Below, one piece after another: positions 36,417 to 45,375 of a stretch of DNA of 62,671 nucleotides. Below the pieces are notes generated by a model, which searched no databases, was not told the DNA's origin, and saw nothing but the letters and a program-made list of their open reading frames with translations. This DNA is from Patescibacteria group bacterium (GTDB taxonomy: Bacteria > Patescibacteriota > Patescibacteriia > UBA2591 > JAQUPP01), in the NCBI GenBank assembly GCA_041649955.1, contig JBAZMD010000004.1, positions 1 to 62,671 of the forward strand. Direction: 5' to 3'. The position numbers and the translations under genes were made by a program. The first letter of the stretch is position 1. Each line of letters opens with the position of its first letter.

Positions 36417-37826
36417 TTAAAATAATCTTAAACAGCCTTTGATTTTCAGGCCCTGATTAATGATAACCATATCCTCTACTCCGAACTGTTTGATTTTCCA
36501 ATACAAAACCGGAGAAAAAAATTTCTTTAAAATATCCGGAGAAAAATAATTTGAAATATTTAAATTATCGTTTATTTGAGAATTTGATTGATAATTAATG
36601 AGTATTTTTTCCAAAGATGGAATATTATTTGAAATAAAAGCGTATTTATCATCTTGGGCTAAAGCTATTTCTGTCTTGTTGTCTAAAAAATAAAATAATT
36701 TTAAATTATTAACCGATTTTTCATTAAAATCAAAAATACTCGGGTCGGCCACTAATTCAATAAAAGAAGTTTTATCCGGTAAAATCACTTTTCTTTCAAT
36801 TGGATTTTTAAAAGCCAGATTTTCTTTAATTTTTCCTTCCAAATCGTCCAAGGCTTTAATATTGGGAGAAATAACGGTTAAACTTAACTTGTCCGATGAT
36901 GCTGATTCTTGTTTTATTTGATTTAGAGAAACCAAACTTGGATAAAAATTTTGAATATCCGGAGAAAATAAATCCAAGCCACCCCACAAGATAGCAATGG
37001 TTTTAAAATCATCTTGAAAAAAAGGAGCAATAAATTTTTTTCCTTGTTCCCAGCTAAACTCTTGGTTGTCTGAATTTAAAAAATATTTTGAAGAACCGCC
37101 GAAATCCAGGGCTAAAGAATTTTGGTAAGGAATAAAATTAATTTTTAAAAATGCGCCCTTAAAATCCTTTATTTTGCCGATTGTTTCAAGATTTAACCCT
37201 AAAACATCTTTTTTAAACAGCGGGGAATCAACGAATTCTTTTAAATTAAAATATCCCCTTCCCCAAACTAAATCAGAAGAAAAAGAAAAATCAGCAACTT
37301 GGTTTTTGAGCCCTGACGAATTCAATTGAATATCATTTAAAATTTCCGAACGAGTGGCTATCGCCCAAATATGGGGAGCCAATTTTTTATAATGAAAAAT
37401 CTCTGAACCGGCGCCGGACATAATCAAGGGAAAACCAGCAACCCGAGGTTTAGTTTTAAAAATAAAAACCAGAGAAGGATTTTGAGAAGAATTATTATCA
37501 AAAAAAACAAAACAGCCGACTTCGTCTAATAAAGAAATGGTTTCTTGGCGAAAATTAGCGCCAATAATAGCTAAATCTGACTGGCTGGTTAAAAAAGAAT
37601 TCATTGTTTTTTCCGGCCAATGTTCTTTTAACCATTTATCGCCCAAATAGCCGCCTTGGTGAAATTTATTTAAATCAAGGTGCAAATAAAAAAGCGTATT
37701 GGAAGGCGCATAATTTATCAGGTTGTCCGTTTTATAATAAAAAAAATAAATTGAAATAATAAAACTGGCCAGTATTAAAACAGCCAGTGCCAAAAAAAGA
37801 TATTTTTTATGAAAATTTTTGAACAT
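36417..37826 (-). CDS. membrane-anchored hypothetical protein (469 aa)
   Basis: N-terminal TM helix; no motif recognised. Confidence 0.6.
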   Translation of the reverse strand: MFKNFHKKYLFLALAVLILASFIISIYFFYYKTDNLINYAPSNTLFYLHLDLNKFHQGGYLGDKWLKEHWPEKTMNSFLTSQSDLAIIGANFRQETISLLDEVGCFVFFDNNSSQNPSLVFIFKTKPRVAGFPLIMSGAGSEIFHYKKLAPHIWAIATRSEILNDIQLNSSGLKNQVADFSFSSDLVWGRGYFNLKEFVDSPLFKKDVLGLNLETIGKIKDFKGAFLKINFIPYQNSLALDFGGSSKYFLNSDNQEFSWEQGKKFIAPFFQDDFKTIAILWGGLDLFSPDIQNFYPSLVSLNQIKQESASSDKLSLTVISPNIKALDDLEGKIKENLAFKNPIERKVILPDKTSFIELVADPSIFDFNEKSVNNLKLFYFLDNKTEIALAQDDKYAFISNNIPSLEKILINYQSNSQINDNLNISNYFSPDILKKFFSPVLYWKIKQFGVEDMVIINQGLKIKGCLRLF

Positions 37827-37921
37827 TTTTAATTTTAAATTGGGAAAAGCTTCTTATTTGTCCTTTATTTTAACTCTTAAAGCAGAGATGTCAATCTGGT
37901 ATTTATTTAATAGTGAGGGGG

Positions 37922-37949
37922 TTGACTGATTTTTAAAGATGTTTATAAT
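37922..37949 (+). promoter_or_regulatory. sigma70-type promoter of rpsA
   Basis: TTGACT, 16 nt, TATAAT. The -10 box ends 8 nt before the annotated ATG. Confidence 0.55.
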
Positions 37950-37957
37950 AATCCTAT

Positions 37958-39082
37958 ATGATTAGCGACACAACAAAATTAATTAAAAAAGAGTATCTTC
38001 AATCGGCTAAATTGCTTCCCAAGATGGGCGATTTGGTTGAAGGCCAAATTTTAGAAATTGGCCGAAATGAAATTTATTTAGACATCGATGGAATTACCAC
38101 CGGTATTATCCGTGGTCCGGAGCTTTTTGACGAATCTGGAGAATTTTCCAATTTAAAAGTTGGGGACACAACTTCGGCGACCGTCATTGATCTGGAAAAT
38201 GAAAGAGGTTTAATGGAATTATCTTTCCGTTATGCCAGTCACAAAAAAGCATGGGATCAGTTAATAGAACTGATGGAAAAAGGTGAACCAATAAAGGTAA
38301 AAGCCCTAGAAGCCAATAAAGGCGGGCTTCTTATCCGTTTTGGAAAAGTGGCCGGATTTTTACCTGTTTCCCATTTAAGCGGCGAACATTATCCCCGGGT
38401 TGACGGCGGCAACAAAACCAGAATTCTGGAAAAACTCAAAACATATATCGGACAGGAATTTTCCGTCCGAATTATCAATGTTGATGAGGAAAATGAAAAA
38501 TTCATTGTTTCGGAAAAAAATATTTCAACACCGACTGGAGAATCTATTTTATCAAATTATAAAATTGGCGATGTTGTTGAAGGAAAAATCAGCGGAATAG
38601 TTGATTTTGGCGCATTTGTTACTTTTGATAAAAGCCAAGAAGGATTAATTCATATTTCCGAATTAGCTTGGCAAAGAATAGATCATCCCAAGAATGTAAT
38701 TAACGTTGGGGATAAAGTAAAAGCAAAAATCATCGGCATTACCGAGGATGGCAAAATTTCTTTATCCACCCGAAGATTAATAGAAGATCCATGGGTTAAA
38801 GTATCAGAAAAATATAAAGTGGGGCAAGAAGTTCTAGGAACTGTTTTAAAAATTAATCCTTTTGGTTTATTTGTGGAATTAGATCCTGATATTCACGGGC
38901 TGGCCCATATTTCCGAGCTTTCCGACCAGCCGGTAACGGATATGTCTAAGATTGCTAAAATCGGTGATCAAATAAAATTCAAAATTGTCTCTGTAGAACC
39001 GGAAAATCATCGTTTAGGACTTTCTTTGAGAAATAATAAAGAAGATAAGCCTCAAGATCAACAATCTGGCGACGAGAAATAA
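37958..39082 (+). CDS. rpsA: 30S ribosomal protein S1 (four S1 domains)
   Basis: Repeated S1-domain signature (G..V.G.V..I...G.F(V/L)....GL.HISE). Confidence 0.85.
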   Translation: MISDTTKLIKKEYLQSAKLLPKMGDLVEGQILEIGRNEIYLDIDGITTGIIRGPELFDESGEFSNLKVGDTTSATVIDLENERGLMELSFRYASHKKAWDQLIELMEKGEPIKVKALEANKGGLLIRFGKVAGFLPVSHLSGEHYPRVDGGNKTRILEKLKTYIGQEFSVRIINVDEENEKFIVSEKNISTPTGESILSNYKIGDVVEGKISGIVDFGAFVTFDKSQEGLIHISELAWQRIDHPKNVINVGDKVKAKIIGITEDGKISLSTRRLIEDPWVKVSEKYKVGQEVLGTVLKINPFGLFVELDPDIHGLAHISELSDQPVTDMSKIAKIGDQIKFKIVSVEPENHRLGLSLRNNKEDKPQDQQSGDEK

Positions 39083-39087
39083 ACACT

Positions 39088-40905
39088 ATGAAAAATTTAT
39101 TAAAGAATTTTCTCATTTTTTTGATTATTTTTTTGGTAATTGCCGGAATTTTCAGTTTAACAAGTTCTGATAGCAAAAAAATTCAAGAAATAAGCATAAG
39201 CCAGTTGGTCCAAGAAATTCAAGAAGATAAAGTAAAGGAAATTGTCGTTACTGACAATTCCTTAAATATTTTATTAGTTAATCAAGAAAAACAACTTACT
39301 TTAAAAGAAGACAATCAGCCCTTGGTTGAACTTTTAACCAACTATGGGGTCGGCTCGGACAAACTTTCAAAGCTCTCCATAAAAGTTAAAACCGCCAGCA
39401 ATCGCAATGTCTTCTTAACCGTTATTTTGCCTATTTTATTGCCCTTCCTGCTTTTGGTGGGCTTTTTTTATTATTTATCAAATCAAATGAAGGGATCGGG
39501 AATGCAAGCTTTTAAATTTGGAGAAAGCAAGGCCAGACAGATTAATCCAAAAGACAAAAGAACAAAAGTAACCTTTCAAAATGTGGCCGGCGTTCATGAA
39601 GCCAAAGAGGCCCTTCAAGACGTGGTAAAATTTTTAAAAAGTCCGAAAAATTTCATCAATATGGGAGCTAAAATTCCTAAAGGAGTGCTTTTAATCGGTT
39701 TGCCGGGCACGGGAAAAACTCTTCTTGCTAGAGCCGTAGCCGGAGAAGCAAATGTCCCGTTTTTTCATATTTCCGGTTCTGAATTCGTGGAAATGTTTGT
39801 CGGCGTCGGAGCTTCGCGCGTCAGAGATCTTTTCAGAAGAGCGCAAAAAAATCTTCCTTGCATTATTTTTATTGACGAGCTTGATGCCGTTGGCCGCATA
39901 AGAGGGTCAGGGGTTGGAGGATCTCACGATGAAAGAGAACAAACCTTAAATCAAATTCTTGTTGAACTTGACGGATTTGAACCTAATAGCGGATTAGTGG
40001 TTATGGCTGCGACAAATCGACCTGATATTTTAGATCCGGCTTTATTAAGACCCGGGAGATTTGACAGAAAGGTTATTTTAGACATACCCGATATTAAAGA
40101 TCGCGAATTTATTTTAAAAATTCATTCCACCGGCAAACCATTGGCATCAAATGTAGATCTGCATCAAATTGCCGAAAGAACGCCTGGTTTCTCAGGGGCA
40201 GACTTGGAAAATCTTTTAAACGAAGCAGCCATTTTAACTGTTAAAAATAATAAAAAGAAAATCGGCCATGAAGAAATTTTAGAAAGCATAGATAAAGTTT
40301 TATTGGGGCCGGAAAGAAAAAGCCATATTCTATCGGATAAAGAAAAAAATATCGTTGCTTATCATGAAGCTGGCCATGCCATAGTCAGCTGGAATTTGCC
40401 AAGCTGCGATCCGGTTCATAAAGTATCTATTATCTCTCGCGGACAAGCGGCGGGCTATACTCTGCGCATGCCGGAAGAAGAAAAATACCTTCGTTCCAAA
40501 CCGGAATTTTTAGACAATATTGCCGTTTATCTTGGCGGTTATATAAGCGAAAAACTTACATTTAAAGAAGTAACCACTGGTGCCTCTAATGATCTGCGAC
40601 AGGTAACTCATTTAAGCCGCAAATTGGTAACTGAATTCGGTATGAGCGATGTTTTGGGTCCTCGCACTTTTGGCGAAAAAGAAGAATTAATTTTCTTGGG
40701 CCGCGAGATTTCCGAAAGACGCGATTATTCCGAGAAAATCGCTCAGACCATAGACGAGGAGGTTTCTAAAATCATTAATCTTTGCTATAATAAAGCCAAA
40801 GAGATTCTTGAAAAAAATAAAGAAAAATTGGAAGAAGTGTCTAAAATTCTGCTTAAAAAAGAAACTATTGAAAAAGATGAATTCGCCAAAATCATGAAAA
40901 ATTAA
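39088..40905 (+). CDS. ftsH: ATP-dependent zinc metalloprotease FtsH
   Basis: [18 protein letters not shown] Walker A, DELDA Walker B, and the HEAGHA zinc site. Confidence 0.95.
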   Translation: MKNLLKNFLIFLIIFLVIAGIFSLTSSDSKKIQEISISQLVQEIQEDKVKEIVVTDNSLNILLVNQEKQLTLKEDNQPLVELLTNYGVGSDKLSKLSIKVKTASNRNVFLTVILPILLPFLLLVGFFYYLSNQMKGSGMQAFKFGESKARQINPKDKRTKVTFQNVAGVHEAKEALQDVVKFLKSPKNFINMGAKIPKGVLLIGLPGTGKTLLARAVAGEANVPFFHISGSEFVEMFVGVGASRVRDLFRRAQKNLPCIIFIDELDAVGRIRGSGVGGSHDEREQTLNQILVELDGFEPNSGLVVMAATNRPDILDPALLRPGRFDRKVILDIPDIKDREFILKIHSTGKPLASNVDLHQIAERTPGFSGADLENLLNEAAILTVKNNKKKIGHEEILESIDKVLLGPERKSHILSDKEKNIVAYHEAGHAIVSWNLPSCDPVHKVSIISRGQAAGYTLRMPEEEKYLRSKPEFLDNIAVYLGGYISEKLTFKEVTTGASNDLRQVTHLSRKLVTEFGMSDVLGPRTFGEKEELIFLGREISERRDYSEKIAQTIDEEVSKIINLCYNKAKEILEKNKEKLEEVSKILLKKETIEKDEFAKIMKN

Positions 40906-40909
40906 TTTT

Positions 40910-41815
40910 ATGGAAATCAAGACATTAAAACAAGTTTTAAAAATCATCTGGGACAAGCCGATTTTGTGGTTATTGGGTTTTTTAGGCATTCCTTTCGCGG
41001 TTAACGAAATCAGCTTGATTATCATTAATATTGAAAAAATTAATAATTGGATAAACAATTTAATCACCCTTAAAGTAATCCGCTCCCAATTTGGACAAAT
41101 TTTTTCCTCTATTTCCTCTCCTGTATCAATTAATCTTGTTGCTCTTTCCAAATTTATTTTAGCGACCCTAATCACCTTATTGTTTATTTATCTTTCTTTC
41201 CTGGTTTATATTGCCTTTTTATTTATCGCTCAACGCTTAAAAAACAAAAAAGATATTATTGTCTCTGAAATTTTACAAAAAAGCAAAAAATATATTATTC
41301 CGGTTGTCGGGCTTAATCTTATTTCTTTTTTCATTATTTACGGGTTTCTAAGCCTGGTTGGGTTAACACCGCTTTATAAAATTCAAATTCCTGTTTTTGT
41401 CTATATTATATTTTTTATCCTAATTGAAGTGTTTATTTCTTTTGTTTCCCGTTATATTGTCTGCTTTCTGGTTTTAGAACAAGAGAAGTTCTCTTCGGCT
41501 ATTAAAAAAGGCATTGTTTTCTTTATAAAAAATTGGTTTATTACCCTTAAGACCTCTTTAATTCTGTTTATAATCACCATTTTATTCGGATTGGTAATTT
41601 TATTAATATCTATCGGCGTTTCTTGGCCTTGTTTCTTTTTGTTTTATATATTCCTACAGTTTAATTTAACCTTTGGATTTTGGCTGGTTTTCTTATTTTG
41701 GGCGCTTCTTTTAACGATTATTTTAATATTCTTAATCTCAATTCTTTCCGCTCTTCAATTTTTAATTTGGAATAATTTATTTCTTCAAATATCTCATCCG
41801 GAAGAAGAATTTTAA
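40910..41815 (+). CDS. polytopic membrane protein (301 aa)
   Basis: About 7 hydrophobic segments; no motif recognised. Confidence 0.6.
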   Translation: MEIKTLKQVLKIIWDKPILWLLGFLGIPFAVNEISLIIINIEKINNWINNLITLKVIRSQFGQIFSSISSPVSINLVALSKFILATLITLLFIYLSFLVYIAFLFIAQRLKNKKDIIVSEILQKSKKYIIPVVGLNLISFFIIYGFLSLVGLTPLYKIQIPVFVYIIFFILIEVFISFVSRYIVCFLVLEQEKFSSAIKKGIVFFIKNWFITLKTSLILFIITILFGLVILLISIGVSWPCFFLFYIFLQFNLTFGFWLVFLFWALLLTIILIFLISILSALQFLIWNNLFLQISHPEEEF

Positions 41816-42061
41816 GCTGTGAAAAAAGGGTGGAAAAACAAAAAAATAAGATGTTGATAAGATGTGGCTATTTTCTCCATTTCTAAAGGGTGTCGGGTTA
41901 TCCATTTATTTTCCCGTTTTTATCTACCGCTTTATAACAAGCATTGCTTATTATAAAGCATACTTCTATTGATAATTTTAATTTTCCCACTTTTCAACAT
42001 AGCTTATTACTATTATTATATATTTATAAATTAAAAAATAATTCATAATATTAATCATTAT

Positions 42062-43183
42062 ATGAAATTCTCCTGTTTACAAGAAAATTTATCCCAGGGT
42101 CTTAACACTGTAAGTCATTTAGCGGGAATTAATAAATCAGGACTGCCTATTTTAAATAATATTTTAATTTCAACCGAAAAGGGCGGCTTAAAATTAAGCA
42201 GTACTAACCTGGAAATAGCCATAGAAACCATAATTAGGGCTAAAATAGAAGAAGAAGGCACTTTTACAGTCCCATCTCAGATATTTAATAATTATATAAA
42301 TTTATTACCCCCAGGAGAAGTTTTAAATTTGGAAATTAAGGACAACGAACTGATCATTGAAGCCAAAAATCAAATAGCGAAAATTAAAGGATCTTCATCT
42401 GAAGAATTTCCAATTATTCCTCAAATAGAAAAAAAAGAAAAAATTATTATAGAAAGCAAGGTTTTAAAAGATGCTTTGGAGAAAATTATTTTTACCATCT
42501 CGCCCAATGAAACAAGAATGGAAATAAGCGGCGTTTTATTCACCTTGAATTATCCCAAAAATAAAAATTTAACCATTGTGGGAACAGACAGCTACCGACT
42601 AGCGGAAAAATCAATTTCTCTGAAAGAATTATCCGCCAAAGAAATAAAAAATATTATTATTCCAGCCAAAACCCTGCAAGAATTGTTAAAAATTATTAAG
42701 AATGAAGATGACGTGGAAATTTATTTATTGGAAAATCAAATTTTATTTATTTATCAAAATACAGAATTAATTTCTCGCTTAATCAGCGGTATTTATCCGG
42801 ATTACAAGCAAATTATCCCCCAGAATTTTAAAACCAAAACCATTCTTAATAAAGAAGATTTTCTGAAAACAGTCAAAGCAGCCAGCTTCTTTACAAAAAG
42901 CGGCATTAATGACATTTTCTTAAAATTAATCGCCAAGAAAAATCAAGTTCAAATTTCTTCTTTAAACAATCAAATAGGAGAAAATAAAGCTGTTTTAGAA
43001 GGAGAAATTTCAGGAGAAGACAATGAAATTGTTTTTAATTATCGTTATCTACTTGATGGTTTGATTAATTTGGGCGGTGAAGAAGTGAATATAGAAGTGA
43101 CAAATGACAACACGGCCGCTGTTATTAGATCTGTTTCTGATGAATCTTATTTATATTTAATCATGCCGATTAAAAATAAATAA
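42062..43183 (+). CDS. dnaN: DNA polymerase III beta sliding clamp
   Basis: Typical length and typical N-terminus MKFSCLQENL; three-domain repeat pattern. Confidence 0.85.
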   Translation: MKFSCLQENLSQGLNTVSHLAGINKSGLPILNNILISTEKGGLKLSSTNLEIAIETIIRAKIEEEGTFTVPSQIFNNYINLLPPGEVLNLEIKDNELIIEAKNQIAKIKGSSSEEFPIIPQIEKKEKIIIESKVLKDALEKIIFTISPNETRMEISGVLFTLNYPKNKNLTIVGTDSYRLAEKSISLKELSAKEIKNIIIPAKTLQELLKIIKNEDDVEIYLLENQILFIYQNTELISRLISGIYPDYKQIIPQNFKTKTILNKEDFLKTVKAASFFTKSGINDIFLKLIAKKNQVQISSLNNQIGENKAVLEGEISGEDNEIVFNYRYLLDGLINLGGEEVNIEVTNDNTAAVIRSVSDESYLYLIMPIKNK

Positions 43184-43262
43184 GACATAAAAATATTTTA
43201 AAGGTCGTTTATTCTCACTATTCGTTTTAAAAACGAACAATTAAATAAATCTTTAAAAAATT

Positions 43263-43538
43263 ATGAATAAAGCTGAATTAATTGAAGTTGTAACCAATAA
43301 AGCTAAAAATTGTTCTAAAGCTGAAACGGCCAGAATGATTGATACTTTTATTGACAGCATTATAGCCGCTCTTAAAAAAGGAGACAAAGTGGCAATTGCC
43401 GGTTTTGGAACCTTTTCCGTTAAATTAAGAAAAGCAAGAGCTGGCATTAATCCAAAAACTCAGGTTAAAATTCAAATTCCTTCAATGAAAGTTCCTAAAT
43501 TTAAGGCTGGTAAAGAATTCAAAACTTCTGTAAAATAA
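43263..43538 (+). CDS. hup: HU-family DNA-binding protein
   Basis: MNKAELI..., GFGTFSV..R.AR.GINPKT arm motif. Confidence 0.9.
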   Translation: MNKAELIEVVTNKAKNCSKAETARMIDTFIDSIIAALKKGDKVAIAGFGTFSVKLRKARAGINPKTQVKIQIPSMKVPKFKAGKEFKTSVK

Positions 43539-43553
43539 ATTTGAAATTTTTTT

Positions 43554-43597
43554 AAAAGAGTTTGTTATATTAAAAATAACAAACTCTTTTATTTTAT
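43554..43597 (+). terminator. hup terminator
   Basis: 15-bp perfect stem aaaagagtttgttat/ataacaaactctttt, then a T-rich tail. Confidence 0.8.
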
Positions 43598-43611
43598 CAA
43601 CAATTTAGGGG

Positions 43612-43640
43612 TTGACAAAAAATGATTTTTATGCTAATAT
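43612..43640 (+). promoter_or_regulatory. near-consensus promoter of the 45-aa micro-gene
   Basis: TTGACA, 17 nt (ending in TGC, an extended -10), TAATAT. Confidence 0.65.
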
Positions 43641-43683
43641 ATAAATAATATAATAACCAGAAAAAAATAAGTAAGGGGGAAGG

Positions 43684-43821
43684 ATGTCAGCATCACAAAA
43701 TACAAACGCGCAACAAGGGTTGCGTGAAAAAAAAGTTGTTTTAACAGACGAAGTAACGGGCTATCCAGTAGCCATAAAGTATGTCGCTCCAGATGGAGTC
43801 GACGAAATAGCCATTCTTTAA
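43684..43821 (+). CDS. 45-aa protein, self-contained transcription unit
   Basis: SD aagggggaagg 3 nt before the ATG. Reads MSASQNTNAQQGLREKKVVLTDEVTGYPVAIKYVAPDGVDEIAIL. Has its own promoter and terminator. Confidence 0.5.
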   Translation: MSASQNTNAQQGLREKKVVLTDEVTGYPVAIKYVAPDGVDEIAIL

Positions 43822-43844
43822 AAAATAAAAAGGAGGAATGTTAC

Positions 43845-43875
43845 GAGGAGATACCCCATGGGTGTCTCCTCTTTT
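43845..43875 (+). terminator. terminator of the micro-gene
   Basis: gaggagatacc/ggtgtctcctc stem (one G-U), then TTTT. Confidence 0.7.
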
Positions 43876-43911
43876 ACTATTATATAAATTATCTATTCTT
43901 AAAAATGAATC

Positions 43912-44622
43912 CTAAAATTTAAAATATTTTTCCCAATATTCGTAAAGTTTTTTTGTTGCTCTTAAATCACCGACATTATATTTGGCAATATCCAAGAATT
44001 TCTTTTCTTTAAATAAAGCGCTTACATCATCGCCGGTTACTCCATTGGCCTTGGGACTTTCAATATTAAATGCGCGGCTCCAAAGATGTAAACTTCCTTT
44101 TCGCCAAACAGCGCCGTAGAAAGAAAGCTGGTCAAACAAATCTATGTGTTTAGAATCATATTTTTGGCTTCCAAGATATCGGTTAGACATTAAATCTTTT
44201 GTCGGCAGAACATTATTAATCGCCGACCTGATCATTAAAAACGGCACATCAAATCCTCGGCCGTTGAAACTGATGAATTCTTGATAATTTTTTGCACCGT
44301 TCCAAAAATTTTCCAGCATTTCTTTTTCAGTCATTGGTTTGAATTTAATGCCGTTTTCTTCTGTTTCTTTAAGATTGGCATTTGGAGCTTGAAAACAAAC
44401 CGCCCCTTTATCTTTCTCACAATCTAAAACGCCAATTGCGACAATCTCGCCGGTTAGAGGCGAAAATCCAAGTCCTTGCTTTAAATCTTGCAGGGATTTT
44501 TCATATTCGTCATTATCTTTAGAATCTTTTTTAATTGATTTACTGAGAATTTCTTGAGTCGCGGCATCCATCTCATCAAAATTTTCTCCAATTGTTTCAA
44601 TATCAAAAACTAATTTAGACAT
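43912..44622 (-). CDS. DnaQ-fold 3'-5' exonuclease (PolB-exonuclease-like)
   Basis: Exo I FDIET, Exo II SFNGRGFDVPFL, Exo III YNVGD motifs. Confidence 0.75.
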   Translation of the reverse strand: MSKLVFDIETIGENFDEMDAATQEILSKSIKKDSKDNDEYEKSLQDLKQGLGFSPLTGEIVAIGVLDCEKDKGAVCFQAPNANLKETEENGIKFKPMTEKEMLENFWNGAKNYQEFISFNGRGFDVPFLMIRSAINNVLPTKDLMSNRYLGSQKYDSKHIDLFDQLSFYGAVWRKGSLHLWSRAFNIESPKANGVTGDDVSALFKEKKFLDIAKYNVGDLRATKKLYEYWEKYFKF

Positions 44623-44692
44623 AATTTGTAAAGCTATTTAAATTAATAAATATATATACCCCGTCTCGGTCTGGGACAGAGAACTATCAATC

Positions 44693-44721
44693 AGTGTAAG
44701 GGTTTTGGGGTAATTTATCAA
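44693..44721 (-). promoter_or_regulatory. promoter of the exonuclease gene
   Basis: Minus strand reads TTGATA, 17 nt, TACACT. Confidence 0.5.
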
Positions 44722-44791
44722 GAGCCGAACTGAGGCCTCTCGGTTAGGTTTAATTTTAATGGATTCAGGGTAAATTAAAAGATTTTAGTCG

Positions 44792-44871
44792 TGTCTCATT
44801 TTTTCTGGTTTTGTTCGTAAAATGAGACAAATGCGACAGTAGAAAGGGGGCAATTCTATGTGTCTCATTTT
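44792..44871. promoter_or_regulatory. three copies of TGTCTCATTTT (two direct, one inverted): operator-like sites
   Basis: Copies at 44792-44802, 44819-44829 (inverted; forms an 11-bp hairpin with the first) and 44861-44871, just upstream of the plus-strand promoter. Confidence 0.45.
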
Positions 44872-44891
44872 TAATTGTTGTGGATAAATTA

Positions 44892-44920
44892 TTGATAAAA
44901 TAGTTTATTTCGTCTATAAT
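44892..44920 (+). promoter_or_regulatory. strong plus-strand promoter firing antisense into the 66-aa gene
   Basis: TTGATA, 17 nt, TATAAT. Confidence 0.55.
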
Positions 44921-44961
44921 GAAAACGGGGCAGAAGCGCCCCAAGACCCAATAAAATTTCC

Positions 44962-45162
44962 TTATTGATTAATTAAATCATTAAGGGATTTTATTTTATG
45001 CTCCTCGAGAAATGTCCCAAGGTGCATGTCACTACGGACATTAAGATTGATGCCGTACTTCTCCTCAATAGTACCCATGTGGGTATCATCGCGTTTGTCA
45101 CGCAATTCTCCATCTTGGTTCCGTGAACGATATCCTTTCATGCCCGATGCATCCGTAGCCAT
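44962..45162 (-). CDS. small hydrophilic protein (66 aa)
   Basis: ORF followed by the hairpin ggggcgcttctgcccc plus a T-run on the minus strand. No motif recognised. Confidence 0.5.
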   Translation of the reverse strand: MATDASGMKGYRSRNQDGELRDKRDDTHMGTIEEKYGINLNVRSDMHLGTFLEEHKIKSLNDLINQ

Positions 45163-45296
45163 ATAATTATCATTTCTTATCTCTAAAAGAGATAAGTTAA
45201 ATTAAGGAAGGCTCGACGATTCCTTTCTCACCGCTTAAACGGCTAAATCTGTAAAAGACCGTATCACGACAAAAAGTATAATCGTCAAATGATGAT

Positions 45297-45320
45297 GGGG
45301 CGTGCCCCGTTTTCATTAAA
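45297..45320 (+). terminator. plus-strand hairpin plus T-run; mirror image of the one at 44917-44942
   Basis: ggggc-gt-gcccc followed by gttttcatta. The reverse complement of the same word (taatgaaaacggggc) occurs at 44917. Confidence 0.5.
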
Positions 45321-45375
45321 ATTATATAATTAGCACTCAAGTTAGTCAAGTGCTAATAACTAAAATTAATGTAAA

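Noticed and set aside
40687-41175. 162-aa minus-strand ORF spanning the ftsH 3' end and the next membrane-protein gene.
   Set aside because: It is antisense to two well-supported plus-strand genes and has no signals.
41852-41999. Cluster of DnaA-box-like 9-mers plus an AT-rich tract upstream of dnaN, suggesting oriC. The 9-mers are TTATCAACA, ATAGCCACA, TTATCCATT, TTATCTACC and TTTTCAACA.
   Set aside because: - None of the boxes is a perfect TTATCCACA.
- dnaA is not adjacent.
- Perfect boxes occur singly elsewhere (19320-19328, 36407-15 and 44879-87, next to promoters).
- In AT-rich DNA such near-matches are expected.
- A cumulative GC-skew plot over the whole genome would be needed, and I cannot compute one here.
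43831-43908. 25-codon ORF starting at the ATG inside aaaaggaggaATG, downstream of the 45-aa micro-gene.
   Set aside because: The SD abuts the ATG with no spacer, and the ORF consists largely of the terminator hairpin and the AT-rich tail.
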